Numbered from the whole stretch's first letter, positions 1 to 13,745 are shown. The stretch is DNA of 63,658 bases, filler included, from Choristocarpus tenellus KU-1152 (GCA_964200185.2; 12 parts of 12 records of this genome joined end to end with filler, not necessarily neighbours in it); one strand, 5' to 3'. Translations and numbers: made by a program. The notes: a model not told the origin generated them from the letters alone.

Positions 1-73
1 CCAAAAATTGCGACATGAAAAAATTGACCCCAAATGGACAGCCACCACCCCCCCCTCCAGATGCTTTGAACCC
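1..73 (-). mobile_element. MITE family A, partial copy (one terminus)
   Basis: Matches 37420-37495 (cgacatgaaaaaa..gaccccaaatggacagcc..cccc..agatgctttga). Confidence 0.85.
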
Positions 74-1329
74 TTAACTGCTGTCGCCATGGCTAGGCTT
101 ATCATGAGGTGGTCCTAGTGAGCAGAGGTTGGAGAGGTCCAAAATAGTGCCAGTAATTTGTGGAAAGAATGCAACTTTTCTCATATCCTATCCAATCATT
201 TTTGCTTTGGAAACGTAACATTCTATGGGATGTAAAGGGGAGATACCCGTGTTGCTTTCCTCACAAGGTATGATAATGATAGATCAGTTCGCACTCTCAT
301 GGTCTTCTAAAACAATCTGAGTAGGAACTCAGTGTGGTTGGGTAGACGTAGGACTCACTGAATTAAAATCTTATTCAGATGTCCCCTCTTCAGGTAGTAC
401 AAAATACTTGCACAAAGAGGGGGGCATACTTAAGCATGGTGTTAATACATGCCATATCGAACTCAGCTATCACCTCCCCACACTTGCACATTGAGAAAAT
501 AATTGACGTATGTCAGTGAGTGAGAGGATGAGTACTTGTTCACCATGTATCTTTACCCGTTCTGCTCGTCGTGGTGAAAGGTACGTACTGGCTCACCAGC
601 CCATTCCTTATGGGGTTGCCTGTGTGAAGGGGCTTATCCCAATTGGCTGCAGTCACGGTGTCTCCTTAGCGCGCGTTAAAGTCGAGAACTATAAACCAGT
701 ACAAAGAAAGTCAAGATAAGCACACCGTAGCGAACATTGAGATCTCTTTTCCATCCACAATGATTATTATTGTAGCACTACAATGTAATAGCAATGCATT
801 TCCCCAAACTCCCACCACAATGGAAGAGTCTCACAGTTCATTGTTTTTCTTTAATTTGTAGGACTTCAGGCGATGCTGGTGGTGTCGATGATGTCCTATC
901 TCACGTATTCGATACTCAGTCATCTAGGTCCGTGTTTGAATGCAGTAATTCATCGCCATCGATGATGGCATGGATAATGGAGGGGTTTGAGGTCAGGCAA
1001 GGCCTTGGCTAAGGTTATGCTCTTGCCCCCACACTCTTGAACATCTTAACTACAAGCTGTTTGTAGAGAATGGTAAAGGAGTTTTACACTTCCAGTCACT
1101 TGTTCCTCCTTCCACCTCACTCTCTTGAATCTTGTACCACGTACCGTGGAATCGTGTTGGAACTAACAGTAGTGGGTAGTGGTGTGTACTTGAAAGAACC
1201 ACAGTGGTAGTATAGTGGTTGTAGAGTAGAAGATGAGAGGAAGTATGAATTTAAGTTGGTAGTATTACTGTACATGAACTCCTTGAACCACAGTTCAAAC
1301 AGTCAGTAATAACCAGGGTTTAAAAACTC

Positions 1330-1800
1330 GGCCTTTTTCCAAGCGGATTGCTCATTAACTTGGAAAATTCTCACTTTTGTCCAACAAAGAAGTGCGAATA
1401 GAGAGGAGGAAAAATTTATTTTGAGGTTACCGTGAACGGTATGTTAAAACGGTACAGAATATTCAATACATGTCGTCAACGGTTTCTTTCTTCAATAAAA
1501 GAGTCTTGCCGAACCCTATTTATCTACTAGACATCAGAAGGTGTGTGGTATCCAGTATACCTAAAAGTATGTGATCAAGTGAAAAAAGAAAATGGACGAA
1601 AAGTCGGGAATGTTTTGTGGGAAATTGTTTAGCCGATGTAGAGGAAGATGAGAGGTTAGGACAAGCACAAAATGATCTCCTCTCCAAATCGTGATTGTAC
1701 TTCATTCTTTTATGTAATATTAACCTCTCGTTGAAGCGACGTGTTGAAACGTATTCCAACAGTTCGTCTTTTACAGATCCAAGATATAACCAGGTTAAAC
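1330..1800 (-). pseudogene. Degenerate Penelope-like RT thumb region
   Basis: Minus-strand translation FPTKHSRLFVHFLFSLDHILLGIL resembles the PLE motif KPT...Y(V/L)HF.S.H....G. Frameshifted. Confidence 0.35.
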
Positions 1801-2399
1801 AAATTTCAGTTCCCTTTTCATTTTTGGGGTACCCGAAGTGTCAAGGTGAAATGTGAGAGAGAAAGCTCCAGAGCCAGAGCAAGGACGAAGGAAACAAGCG
1901 AATAGGAGGGAAACCAAGGGAGGGACTTAGTCTAATCTCCATATTATAGAAACGGGGGACGCCCGATACGGTACAGGCGCATCTATTTCCCTTTCGGAGA
2001 GCTTGGAGGACGCTTTGAGGACAGGAGCCTGCTGGGAGGGAAAGAGCTTGTTGGCACAAGATGAACCGTAATTCTTGACAGAGGGTCCCCTCCTGGCTAC
2101 CTTTGAGCTTGCACGGAGTCTGAGGAGGTAGTTATTGTGTTCACCTCAGACTAACTGGGACTACGTGTGGAAACGGGGTGAGGAGAGGTGGATTGCAAGG
2201 ATTGTGCAGACTGAATTCAAATGCCTTGTTGCTGTATGTTTGTGCCACTATCCCGTACGCATCATCCCTTGCTGTCGGGACAACTGTCTGTGGCTGAAGT
2301 CTAACGGCATTTAGACTCGTTGGGTCTGATCCTATGGTTGCAGTTGTTGTGGGTGGTGTTGGTGACCAGTTGGCACCCTCAGGCGAGATGAAATTTGGG

Positions 2400-2482
2400 C
2401 GTTGAATCGTTGGGTGGCTTTGAATAGTAGGATGGCGTTGAATAGTTTTGAGTCTTTGAGTAGTTGAGTGGCGTTGAATAGT
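2400..2482. repeat. Degenerate ~18-bp tandem repeat (ggcgttgaatagt core, ~5 units)
   Basis: Repeated ttgaatagt/ttgaatcgt/ttgagtagt units. Reads TIQRHS/TIQRHP on the minus strand. Confidence 0.6.
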
Positions 2483-3199
2483 TCGATGAGGTCTCTGACT
2501 GCTCAGAGCCCGCCAGTACTGGGCCTGCTTGATCGAAAAAGCATGGATTGCACTATCACAAGTTCCCTTTCTTCAGGGGTGACACTTTAGTAATACAAAT
2601 ATATCGATAGTTGAACATATTGGTACCACACGAAAGTCGCTAGGACTGTGATCTATTTGCGTCGTGATGGGTGTCGACGGCTGCTGTGCCCTGACTGGCG
2701 AATGGCAACGGTGAGGGTGATCATGGCCGTGTCTCCTGCCCGTGTATTGATACCTTGATATCCAAGAATGCGCCTAGTCCAATCTTTGCCAGCCGCCTGT
2801 ACAGGTACGCCATCAGAACCTGACACCAAGTCTCTGCCTTGAAACAAACACTGGGCCCCAGTAACCCCTCACCCCTTCCTATACGAAGGCTTGAGATAGT
2901 GAAGTTTTACTGAGCTGTTACCAACATTTTTTTCCACCAAATTATATGGACTGATTCGATAGGAGGCATGCAATTCGACACCTCAAACTCAAAAACTTAG
3001 GCAGAGGTTGCGCTGGCGTCGGAGTACTAGAAGATAGCTATTTTTAGACCTTCCGTAGTCCCTCGGTGTTGTGACAATAATTTGAAATGTACCACACATT
3101 CGTGGAGAACCCCCCCGTCCACCCCCCCCCCCCCCCCCCCACCCGCCCGCACCGCAGGGCGGCGGGGAGGGGAAGAGGGNNNNNNNNNNCCGTCCACCC

Positions 3200-5200
3200 C
3201 CCCCCACTCCTCCCAACCGGCCCTCTGCATGTTTTTGCACTAATGCAACTACATTTTGACATTTGAGAACGATCGGCCATAGCCGAAGCTCTTCAAGATG
3301 CAAACAGTTGGTGAGCATATTATTGTCTTCAGGAGAAACAGTGGTGTTGCCCTGCTTGATTGTGGGCTTTGGGACAAATAAATGGTGGTGCCAGGTTTTG
3401 TTCCCATGCCTGTCATTCTCAGACGCTGCCAAATTTCTCAGAGCTTCCCTTTCGAGACGTGTAGGGGGTGGGGTGGGGTGGAGTGGGAGTCAGGGACACA
3501 AAAGACAAGGGGTAACTGTGTGGTGGTTCAAATAGGGTTGTGGTTAAGTTGGCTATATATGATGACTATGGAAGAAACCACTGACATTGTATGTTGAATT
3601 ACCCACACTGCTAGAAGTATGTACCATAACGCCAAGCTCTCCACCAACTTCTGAGCACTTTTTTGAAAGAAACCAAAGTGTTTTCTGGGTTTTATTGACG
3701 CCTTCCCACTCCAAACAGGTCGTATATTGCCCACTGTAATTGTCCTTACTAGTTAGGGAGAGTGCGTTGACATGTAGACCTTGAATAATACCAGACTATG
3801 GTGACTCCACTCTTGATTCCAATGGGGGTGACAAGTGAATGGAATGGGTTGGGCACGTGGGCACTACACAACTGTGTTATTTCCTTTGCTTGTTACATAT
3901 TGGTTTTGGTGGCAATAATCCCTTATGAGTTATGAGAGCTTTGTACCTGTACTTGCAAGCTACTTTGGGGATGTAAAAAAAGAAGAAACTATCTTGAAGG
4001 ATTCTCTTAACCATTTGAATACCCTCCTCAAAGGAAACAAAATATGTTTTTGTGTATGTACGTGCACATTTTTAAAGAATTTTTTAGCTTGTCAATAGTT
4101 GAGTGGTCATAATGGAAAGTAGCCCAGAGTTTCCCCTTTTCCACCATTTCCCGCCACTCACATCATAGCATTTTTGAGTATACATTGACTTTGATGATAT
4201 TGGTGCTAGACTGGGTTTCATGTATGACAGGGAAACTCTAGAACATGTGTGCTATTGAATGCTTGTCGAGTCGGTAACCTGACGTCAAGGGGAAACATGT
4301 AGAGCCCAGTTGCTGAATTCGAACTCAAGTAACTGCCAGTGATTATGCTTAAACCATTCCGGTGTGAAGGGAGAGACTGAACGCTTTGAGATTTTAATAA
4401 CCTTGGGAGGTGTTTTACAGTGGCTGTAATTTTTTGTCCGCCAGCCTTTTCTTGTCAGTGTATGGTAGCTGCCCACCTTCAAGCTGGCTGAGTTGACTAA
4501 AGTTCATGTGCACAGCAATTCGTAGGTGGCACTCCTTGCAGCAAATCATTCAGAGATTGTGGTTGCTCATCGATTGATTGCAAGGTTACTCGATTTGTGG
4601 GTAGCTGGGATCCTTTCAGGTCATTGGTGTAATGCGATGGAGGTTGTGAATTGGTGAATCGAGTGTGTAAGTTTAAGTTTTGCTGTAGCCAAGCTGTGGC
4701 AGCCTTGCCCCCATCACCAGTTTGTTTAAGAATCTGTAAGAAAAAAGATGGCACATAATTATGTTCTGCTTTTTTCCCCCCAGTGACTGAGGCGCATGAA
4801 GGTCTTGTTTAGTTTACTTTCTGACCTGTTTGCTTTTTATGTTCAGCAGGCATGCTTAAAAGAGCTGCAGTTGTGATGGTGGATTCAATGGAATTTTTGC
4901 TGTGTTTCAACAGGGGATTGATGTAGTGAGTGACAAAGCCAAGGTGTATTTTTCTCAATGGTCGGAGAGTTTGTGCATGGAAGTCTATGGGTCACTACTC
5001 GCACTAAAAACAGTAATATAGATGATAGATGATACTAGTTGTGGTAGTATTCATGAAGCTTTGTCATCTGACTGACTCCGCTGCTGATGCTTGTATGTTT
5101 ACACAAATGCCCACTGCTGTGTTTCAACAAATAGGCAAATCTCACGGCCATCCCAACTAGCTACATAGCATGCTTCTAAATTGTCCCTATCCCTGTCCTT
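3200..5200 (-). pseudogene. Highly degenerate Ty3/gypsy-like pol remnant (RNase H / integrase)
   Basis: Minus-strand fragments RLSHWGEK.AEHNY (compare RL.RW...L.EY), CNKQRK and LSLTSKDNY (compare LP.T..GN.Y). Many stops and frameshifts. Confidence 0.35.
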
Positions 5201-6120
5201 TCCGAAGAAGCCTTTAGAGTGCCAAGGTACAGCAGAAGTAGGTGCCTGAGAATTGTACATATAATGCAGGCGTGCTCATGAAGGCGGACAAGAGGGGGTG
5301 TTGCTGGTTGCAAAAATAGGGTTTGAGAAAAAAAAAAAGATGCAACTCTCTGTTACGCTTAAATGTAACTGTGGTAAGTGGGTGATCATGATACGTATGA
5401 CGCGGTGGAAAGGTATGATAGGCACGAAATGAGAACACTGTCGTAAAAGGAGAGGAAATTTATTACTGTCTGTCCTACGGGTCTCCAATCGAGACGAAGA
5501 ACTCTTGGATAGAAAATATATGAACTCAGCACAGCTGGTGTGACAGAAAACGACAGTAGTAATAGTGATGGTATTGGCGACGCTTTTGATTTTGGAATTA
5601 CGTTTTGGAATATGGGACTAGCACAGGCACAGGGTCAAGTCAGAGTATTGTTTGCATGTGTGTGTAGGAGGTGTCTACTATGATCAAAGCAAGTATCTAC
5701 CTTATATTTTTTTCTTGTCAATATTAAAGTCATGTTGTCTTTGCTCCCTTGTACCGTCCCCCTTCCTCCTGCCCCGCCCTGCCCTGTATCTTGCCACTGT
5801 TTGTGTGTGTGGTGGCCAGGGGGGAAGGGGAAATATCTATTGTTGGTGGGGGGGGGGGGATGAAGGAAGTGGAGGAGCTATTCCGACAGAACCAGGAGAG
5901 GGAGAAGGATCTTCGCATTTGCCTTGGATCCAGGCCTTCTGAATCAAGAGATGTGAGTTGAATCCATTACCACGTAGTAGACACTCTACTTAAAACTTCA
6001 ATGTAATTGACCTGTTCGTTTTCCCCCTCCCCCCACACCCTTTTCTCAGAGCTGATCTATGCCCCCCCTCCGCCCTTGATATTTTACCCTTGTTCCGAGA
6101 TGTCATGCGTCGGATCCTTT

Positions 6121-6220
6121 NNNNNNNNNNNNNNNNNNNNNNNNNNNNNNNNNNNNNNNNNNNNTTAATTAATTAANNNNNNNNNNNNNNNNNNNNNNNN
6201 NNNNNNNNNNNNNNNNNNNN
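6121..6220. other. Artificial contig linker N44-TTAATTAATTAA-N44. Identical linkers at 11939-12038, 23508-23607, 30474-30573, 36399-36498, 40616-40715, 44573-44672, 48502-48601, 53167-53266, 57072-57171 and 61019-61118
   Basis: Eleven identical 100-nt spacers. TTAATTAATTAA puts a stop codon in all six frames. Confidence 0.98.
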
Positions 6221-6596
6221 GGTGGGGGGGGGGGGTGGTGTGGGGGGGGGGGGGGGGGTTGGGGGTGTGGTTTGCGGGGGGGGGAGGGGGGGGGGGGGGG
6301 GGGGGGGGGGGGCAGCCAGGTGTTACAAGTCTGCTTAGTACAATCCCGGTAGAGATTTCTCAAAGTTGCTCTTGTGGCATTCTATTCAAAATGGCATCAT
6401 TTCATTTGAGTATACTGCTGATTGCACTAATCTTCATCCCATTGTCCCACCATGAGGATGAAATAAAATAGTTTATTTTTAACTTCAACATCATAAAAAA
6501 AAGAAGTGTTGCATGTAAGGACAGGCAGAGGTTTTTTCGTGTGGCCATTTTTGTTGTGATCCTCCCATGTATTTTATTTCTTCTAGACTATGGCAA

Positions 6597-6694
6597 TTAG
6601 TACTCTAGTGTGTTAGTACTCTCGTATGTTAGTACCTTAGCCTTTTAGTACTCTAGTCTGTTAGTACCCTGGTGTGTTAGTACTCTAGTCTGTT
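6597..6694. repeat. 16-bp minisatellite (ttagtactctagtctg), ~6 copies
   Basis: Direct reading of tandem units. Confidence 0.9.
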
Positions 6695-7284
6695 CGGAAA
6701 GGAAAATAAAAAAATAGAGATGGTGAGCCTCACGTGGAATTGGATAATTCATCTCTTAAGGGTTCAAAGATTAGACACTATACCAACACATGAATAATAA
6801 TGAAGTAGGTTTGAGGGGGTGACGATTGAAGTTGAAGGCTGATCAGATACGATTTTTGGTTCCCAGATAGACCATCAAAGGTAACCCTATATACTGCCTG
6901 TATTGTGAAGTAATTGATAGTTGGTGTGTCTTGTCAGGGCCAGCGTTCTTGTGGGTTGCAGAACCATGATGTATTGGAGTGTGTGCTCATGACCTTACTC
7001 TAGCATCTCTACTGTACCAGCAGAATCAAGCAGTAGGTAGAGTACATGTGTGTGTGTGTGTGTGGTATGTGCTTCAACCCATTTGGGAACATTTTCAGTT
7101 AATCCACTACACAGCACCAGCCCAACAGTCTTCCTACAGTACAAAATCAAGCCTTGGTGATATGAGAACCCTTGAGACCCATTTGGAGCCTGACACACCT
7201 TTTTCAACCAATCCCATCTCCCCACTCTCTTTTTAAGTCCCATCATCCCATCCCCCCACCCCCCCCCCCCCCTCTCTTTTTTAG

Positions 7285-7317
<33 letters not shown>

Positions 7318-7426
7318 AGTTGACACACTGCACAAGGCAACACATGGTCAGAGTGTATCCAATCCAATCTAATCCAAGTGTAATGCTATTGCACTTACGG
7401 TATCTCATTTTTTTTTTATGAACAAG

Positions 7427-7561
7427 GATGATGGGCGGCTATTGTGGTACAGGGGGGTACCTTTGGACCCTTCAGAAGTACCAAACGGACACATGTCGGT
7501 GAGAGGCGCATCTCTGTCCAGCGAGGGGGAGCTGTGTCAGATGAACCTCAGGGATGATGAG
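7427..7561 (+). CDS. Exon of a PH-domain protein (DDGRLLWYRG...VPNGHMSVRGASL...DDE)
   Basis: Poly-T...aag acceptor, GAG|gtaggg donor, 45 codons. L.WY..P.G...GA pattern matches PH beta strands. Splices in phase 0 to exon 10317. Confidence 0.75.
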
Positions 7562-7759
7562 GTAGGGACAGGGTGGAACAAAAGAGTACCTCTTGAGAGT
7601 GGTGGTGGTGAGGGAGGGGGGATAAAGCAAGGTGTGTTTATAATACACACAGGTGCACGTCCACCTGGAAACCTTGGGCTAGCCCTTGTACTCTGGACTG
7701 TCCCTGTGGTTACCAAGTTGAGGATGATGCATACGGGGATTCTTCTGGTTGAAGTATAG

Positions 7760-9064
7760 TGGAATGGTAGGGCTTGATTATCTCGTTAAATTTCTTTTTT
7801 GTATTCTGAGTGCTCTTTGAGCCGATCTGATGTATTAGTAGCGTAATACACACACCACTATCGACTCTACAATAGTACTTCTTCTACGCTTGTCAGTATG
7901 GGTCTGGCTTCATTCTACCTGATTCCACCCTAAAATACACCCTGTTATTAGTGCACCTCTACCCCTCCTACGTTATATTCTTGCGATGATATTGAATGTT
8001 TGATTCACCCACCATTTATCCTAACAAAATTATTAATATACTTCAAAATACAACCACAATAAAACTATTTCTTCTTCTACTAGTCATACTGATTTTGTAG
8101 CAATGATAGTAAGTTCTCAACCAATGTGATGTTGAAAGAAGATGAGCAATTACCTTGTATTGTCAAGAACCAATCAACATCCGCCAGGTGATAAACATAA
8201 TATTTGAAACTACTACTGATCCTAATGTCACTGTGATTAGCGTGAGGGATTCTCTCTCCGTTGTGCAGTAGTGTGTAGCATGTCCATTTCCAATGGGCAA
8301 TGCTGCTAAAGTGTGGGAAGGAATGACAGGGAGAGAGGAGGTCCAGCAACTGTTCATGTGTGATAGGGAAAAAAACTGGTGGAGTTTTTTGGGGTTGGGT
8401 TGATGTAAAGAGAGGAAATCCTCTTGAATTGATTCGATTGATTGAGGTCTGGGATATGCTGCATACTCTCTGTGTGCTATGGGAGTTGTAGTTTTTATTG
8501 GGGTTTTTTGGTCCCTTGATCTCTCTCACCCTAGTACATATTCTTCATGTGTATTTCTGAAGTAGGAAGATTGGATTGATTTGTTGAGAGAAGGAGAGAG
8601 TTTTTGAGTAGGTTAGGATTTCTCTTTTCTTATTTCGAGTGTTGTCTGGAAATAAAATCTTGAGTGCACATAATTCCGGTTGTCGGTTAACTTTCTCCAT
8701 GGGTGGGATTGGTGCTTCTCTGCATTTTTTAAATGTTGAGAATCGGAATCGTATTTGTTCTTTGTGGATTGAAGAATTTGAGATTTTGAAAGAATTGTTC
8801 TTGTCGAACGGTCTAGTAATTTTTCTTTTATTATAATAAAAGGAGTTGAAAAAAAGCAGAAATTGAACCCTTTTCAAACATTTTTATTGGATAGTGAACA
8901 GTTGACGGTGATCAGTTGAGATTTCAAAATAGATGATTTTGCCATCTGACCCTTTATTTTTTTAATCGAAAGGAGTTGAAAATCTAAAAATGGAACCCTT
9001 TCCCCCCTCTCTGATTGAATGGTCGACGGTGATATCTAAATATTGATTTTGTGAAGTGACCCTT
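7760..9064 (-). mobile_element. Degenerate L1-like non-LTR retrotransposon 5' part (ORF1 8545-8877 plus APE endonuclease remnant) inside the PH-gene intron
   Basis: Minus-strand motifs in APE order: INSRGF (N.RG), VGESN (GDFN), RVD (RID), RDNQAL (SDH). Basic ORF1-like ORF with ILFPDNT upstream. Confidence 0.5.
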
Positions 9065-10316
9065 GGGCCCTGCAGATGCTAAAATAGTTCTTGCAAGGTG
9101 TACCGCTTTTTGTCTTACCCGTTTTAGAAAAAATAAAGACTATGAGCGTGAACGCGAACAACAATCTCATCTTTCCTAACACTTCTATCATACTTTTAGA
9201 CATATTGATTGTTATTATTATTAATACATTGTGCTATTTTATTTTATTTTGCACATGTTTTCTACCGCACTATATAAAGTGCTTCATACTCATGCATCAC
9301 ACACATACACTCTCTTTCTGTCTCTCATTTTCCTTGTATACAAAAATGAGGATATACAGTAAATATATATATATATGATGATAATCAAAAATAATAATAA
9401 GTTAACTTTCTTGCTTCCTCCGCGACAACATCCGCAGAGTGTCCAAAGGCACAATGACAGTAACATCAATGATAGTAAAATAATGTAAACAGTGATGACA
9501 TCTCTCTCTTTCTTACTCCCTCTCTGCTTTAGATTAATTTCTCGTTGTTACGCTCGTAGTCTTCTTCTGACGCATGCTCAGAATGGCCTTTAAACCTTTC
9601 ACTTCTCACAGCAATGTACCACAGTGACTGGAGTTGTGTGTTCTTAATGAGAAATGCAACATGCACTTTGCTTTTAACTCTTTTGGTGTTAGACTTTTGT
9701 TGAGTTGTGTTGAGGGCCAGATCAGAGGAGCATGCCCAATTCATTGTACGTGTTGATCTTGTTGCTCTGCCAGGACTCTGCTTGCAATCAGAGGGTTGTA
9801 CTGTGAGGAACTGAGTTGTGAACTCCGGAACCCAGAACGCAATAGCTTATACCGGAACTTAACAAGCACTATTAATGTGTACTTGTACAGTTGTTGAGTA
9901 GTAGTTAGTAGGATTGTAATATAGTGTATTGCATTTGCTTACAGACCTCTTGGGTTATGGTAGTGTATCAAGTCATCCTATGTTAGAGGGGGGTCCATTC
10001 AGACCCTTTTGAATATCTTGTTGGGATTTTTTTTTTACCTTTCTGACTCCCCATTCCGAAGCTGAAATGCAGCTATTCCCCCTTCTGAGGCTACGGATAT
10101 AGAAGGGAACACAATATGGTTATCCAGGATAGGTGTCAAGTCACTTATCAGGTTGGTAGATTCAAATATACCAGTCATTGCTAGCACTAATACATTACCA
10201 TGTCTTAATTTGTTGCATCATGCCTCTCCTACTTATCTTCTTGTGTTATGACTGTAGAATACACCCTGTTATCCCTTGACTCCCTCCCCTGCACCTACCC
10301 CCTCCTCCCACTCCAG

Positions 10317-10441
10317 GTGCAGTTGGGCGGCCACTTTCCCCTGGTAATCCAGCAACGCTCCAGTGGGCATGCAGATCGCTTTCTTCTGCTGTCTGCCTCA
10401 GGGGAGAGGGAGAGACAAGATTGGTCGAACGCCATACGATT
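10317..10441 (+). CDS. Exon of a PH-domain protein, C-terminal strand and helix (VQLGGHFPLVI...FLLLSASGERERQDWSNAIR)
   Basis: Pyrimidine tract plus ccag acceptor, gtgaga donor. F.L.A....ER..W..AI is the canonical PH C-terminal helix. Confidence 0.8.
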
Positions 10442-12038
10442 GTGAGACTGTTTGCATTTTTTCATGTTTGAGGGAGTGCATTTTTTGTAAGATACATATT
10501 TTTGGAAGAAGATAAAAAATGAATAGATTTCAATAGGTATGGTCTTGATTAAAAAATATATATATTTCTTGTTAAGGGTTTAAGGATACTTTTAATGCCG
10601 TTGGTAGATGAGATGGGGAGGGGAGAGGAGGGGAGGCTGCGAGGGCGAAACCAGTAGGAATTGGATTTCAGAGAAGGGTGGGGGAGGGGGAAGAGGGGGG
10701 GGGCTGATTATGGAGCAGGTGGGCTGGTGGAGGAACAAATGCATTGTGTTTGGTAGAGGAGAGGGATGAGGTGTCTGTCATCACACTCACTCCTTAAAGT
10801 TGATCAGTTTTCTGTGTTCTCATCCATGAAAGCACCTCTGATGGCACATACCATATTGGTTCACACGATAACACTATCTTATCTGTCTTTTGTATTCTCA
10901 ACACACAAGAGTTACACTGTTTTTTTTCAGTTCTAGGCAACATGGAGCAATAAAGAGGATTTAGTTAGCAGTGGTTAAATGAATGGGTGGATAAATGATG
11001 TATAAAGGTACATGTCACAATGTGTCGATGGGATGCTCGTAGTGCGGAGTGCTTGCTCCCTGTAGACCTGATCCTCATCTATTTTTTACATCACACAGAC
11101 AGGTAGGAAGGCAGTCAGACGGATAGGTAGGTAGAAACAGACATAGGTATGGGAATAGATACAGATGCACACCAATGACCACACACCCTTCTCCCTTCTT
11201 GCTGGCGTGATAACTGAAGTGTAGCACAGGAGAGCCCAGGACAGGCACTAGTAGAAAATTTGCGCTTGCAGGTTGATTTGTCTAGGCAAGAGGGCCTCTG
11301 TCGCCTGCGGGAGAGGCCTTGGGAAGTCATTTCACATCCTGAACAGGCATTTTCCCTGCTTGTGGGACGGGAGGGTGGGGGGGGGGGAGGCTTGACTCGA
11401 GAAGAGTTTGTTGAGGTGAGAGTAAAGTTGGGTATGGGAATGTGGAGGAGGGAGTGTGAAAGATAGGAAGTAGGTGCACTCGAGATCTTTTGTAGGCATT
11501 ATTCGTGTGTGATTGGTTGGATTTGACAGTAGTGTGTTTGGAAGCAATGGATGGAGTAACTTAGGATCTCCAACTCATCAACAGACACTTGTGACCACCA
11601 GCTTTTTTATGGATCACTAATTGACTTATGTAGGGACTCATAAATGAAATTTGAAAAATGCACGGCGCTTCAACAGGACATTCTTGAAGAGGCAGAGGGG
11701 AATAGGGAGGCGGGGTGGTCAACAACATCACCCATCCAACATCATTAGCTCTCAAAATCAACAGAGGTTCCGATCAGAGATAATCAAAGAGAAGCGTTAA
11801 CAAACAGATGGTGTCTTCTACATAGCATCTCTCAGTCTTAACATGCAAAGGCAGTGTACACCAAGCAATGGATGGAGTAACTTAGGGTCTCCATGCAAGG
11901 GTCAGCGGAGTAGGCCTGTGGGAACGCTTGGTGTACACNNNNNNNNNNNNNNNNNNNNNNNNNNNNNNNNNNNNNNNNNNNNTTAATTAATTAANNNNNN
12001 NNNNNNNNNNNNNNNNNNNNNNNNNNNNNNNNNNNNNN

Positions 12039-12208
12039 TTGTTAGGAAGTGTTAATATCCATGTTGCGGACACACCTGTTGTAACATAAACACGCAACCT
12101 GCTCCGAAACAGTGTGGAGTAGGAAAATGTCATAAAAGAACCCATCGAAAGTCAAACCCCGAATGGACAGACTGGGCAAAACTCGTACCCTCTAAGATAC
12201 TTTCACTC
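12039..12208 (-). mobile_element. MITE family B, partial copy
   Basis: Ends in TACCCTCTAAGATACTTTCACTC. Reverse complement of 63422-63590. Confidence 0.85.
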
Positions 12209-12544
12209 ACACCCCTTCATGATCCACTTCATACCGTACCTTTGAGCTAGAAGACATCTACCCTGCCAGAACTTGACCTCCCCCCCCTTACCCAGTGTTC
12301 CCGTCGGTCATGAGCAAGTGACAGGGTGGGTGGGCAGGAAAGCTTGCTCGGTGGTTGTCTTGTTCTCACCCTCCTCGTCCTGCACCCCTGGTTCTCGGCC
12401 CTCTTATCAGACACTGATCATTTCTTCCTCATCTCTCTTCCTACCACTCATTTCTTTTAACCTTTCTCCCCCCTCTCTTAGTCAGTCATTCCTTAACTAT
12501 TCGTTCCCTTCTTGCTTCCTTCCTTTTCTTTTCTTTACCCTACC

Positions 12545-12617
12545 TTGTCCTGTGCCCCCAGCCAACCAGAATTCTTCCGCCCACAAAACTAACTCAGATT
12601 ACTTCATAAACTTTCAC
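12545..12617 (-). repeat. Dispersed repeat nearly identical to 45725-45794 (putative 5' terminus of a retroelement)
   Basis: Shared ccaaccagaattcttccgcccacaaaact..cagattacttcataaactttcac. Confidence 0.85.
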
Positions 12618-13349
12618 ATTTGATCATGAAAAACACTAAGAACAGAAAAAGGGGGGTTTGATAAAACTTTCTGATAGTGAATTTAATTCTACCACTTTAT
12701 CTATTATATGATTTTTCCCTCCCATATTTTCGGATGTGATAGGGGAAAATTGTTCTATTATTTTTCTTCTTCTCATCAACAACATCTCGCAGCCAGAAAG
12801 AAACATGTAATAGTTATGGACGAGGAGGCTACAAAAGAACGCGATACTCTTATATAGGGGTTCCTGAGATATTGGTTTGGCTTTTCAAAGGATCCATCTA
12901 CAGAATGCTCAACAGCATAATAATAAAATAATGTAATGTATAAGGAACGTGATTTTGTTCCACGTCTACATCCCCCCCCCCCCTTTATTTAATCCTCCCC
13001 TTTCCTTCATAAGAACTAAGGACACAGGTCTTTTGGTCACCTATGGCGCTATGCATTTCCCCCCCAATGGAACAAGTAGTTCCACATAAACCGTCAACCG
13101 TTTTTTCTTAGTCATAAGATATACGGTATTGCCAACTAAAATATCATATTTACTATGTTTAAGATACTTACACATACTTACCAAGAGAATCCATAATCCA
13201 GATAGATGTATGCCCATGCCAATCCCGTTTTTAGGGTCCAAACAATTGTGTGCATCCAAACGAAGATGTACGCAATTTAATAACCACTCTATGTTCCTCA
13301 TAATTATTCATATTTCTTCTCTTTAGTACATGTAAGAACCTAGGGACAA

Positions 13350-13745
13350 CAATTACCTAACCCCCACCCGTTGTCTGAACCACTCACTGCACTACTTCTC
13401 AAGAGCACCATTATTCAGAAGAAGAATACACATCATTCTGCATGCACTTGCCAAAATGTCACTACTACCAAGTAGTCGGATGCGACCACATACTAAAGTG
13501 ATATTTACATCTGAACGTTGCAGTCTGCTAACCACGTATACTCAACAAGGAGGTCTCCCACCACCCTCGCACATAAATTATCCGGAGTACGTGTCAACAG
13601 GAGTAGATGCCAAACACAAACCTGTTGATGGGTGCCAATGTGGAGGTATTCGGACTCTTCATGAGGCTCCAGACTCTTTTTGATCTCTGTAAGGGGTGAG
13701 ATTTCATCGACCATAACCTTCTTGTCGTGCCAAACTCAGGAGGGA
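13350..13745 (+). pseudogene. Possible degenerate APE endonuclease (LINE) remnant
   Basis: GVDAKH (compare GDFNA) and DHNLLV (compare SDHNLV) in order. Weak. Confidence 0.3.

Noticed and set aside
6165-6176. Recurrent TTAATTAATTAA (PacI-like) motif as a biological repeat
   Set aside because: Always centred in exactly 44+44 Ns. It is a six-frame-stop assembly linker.
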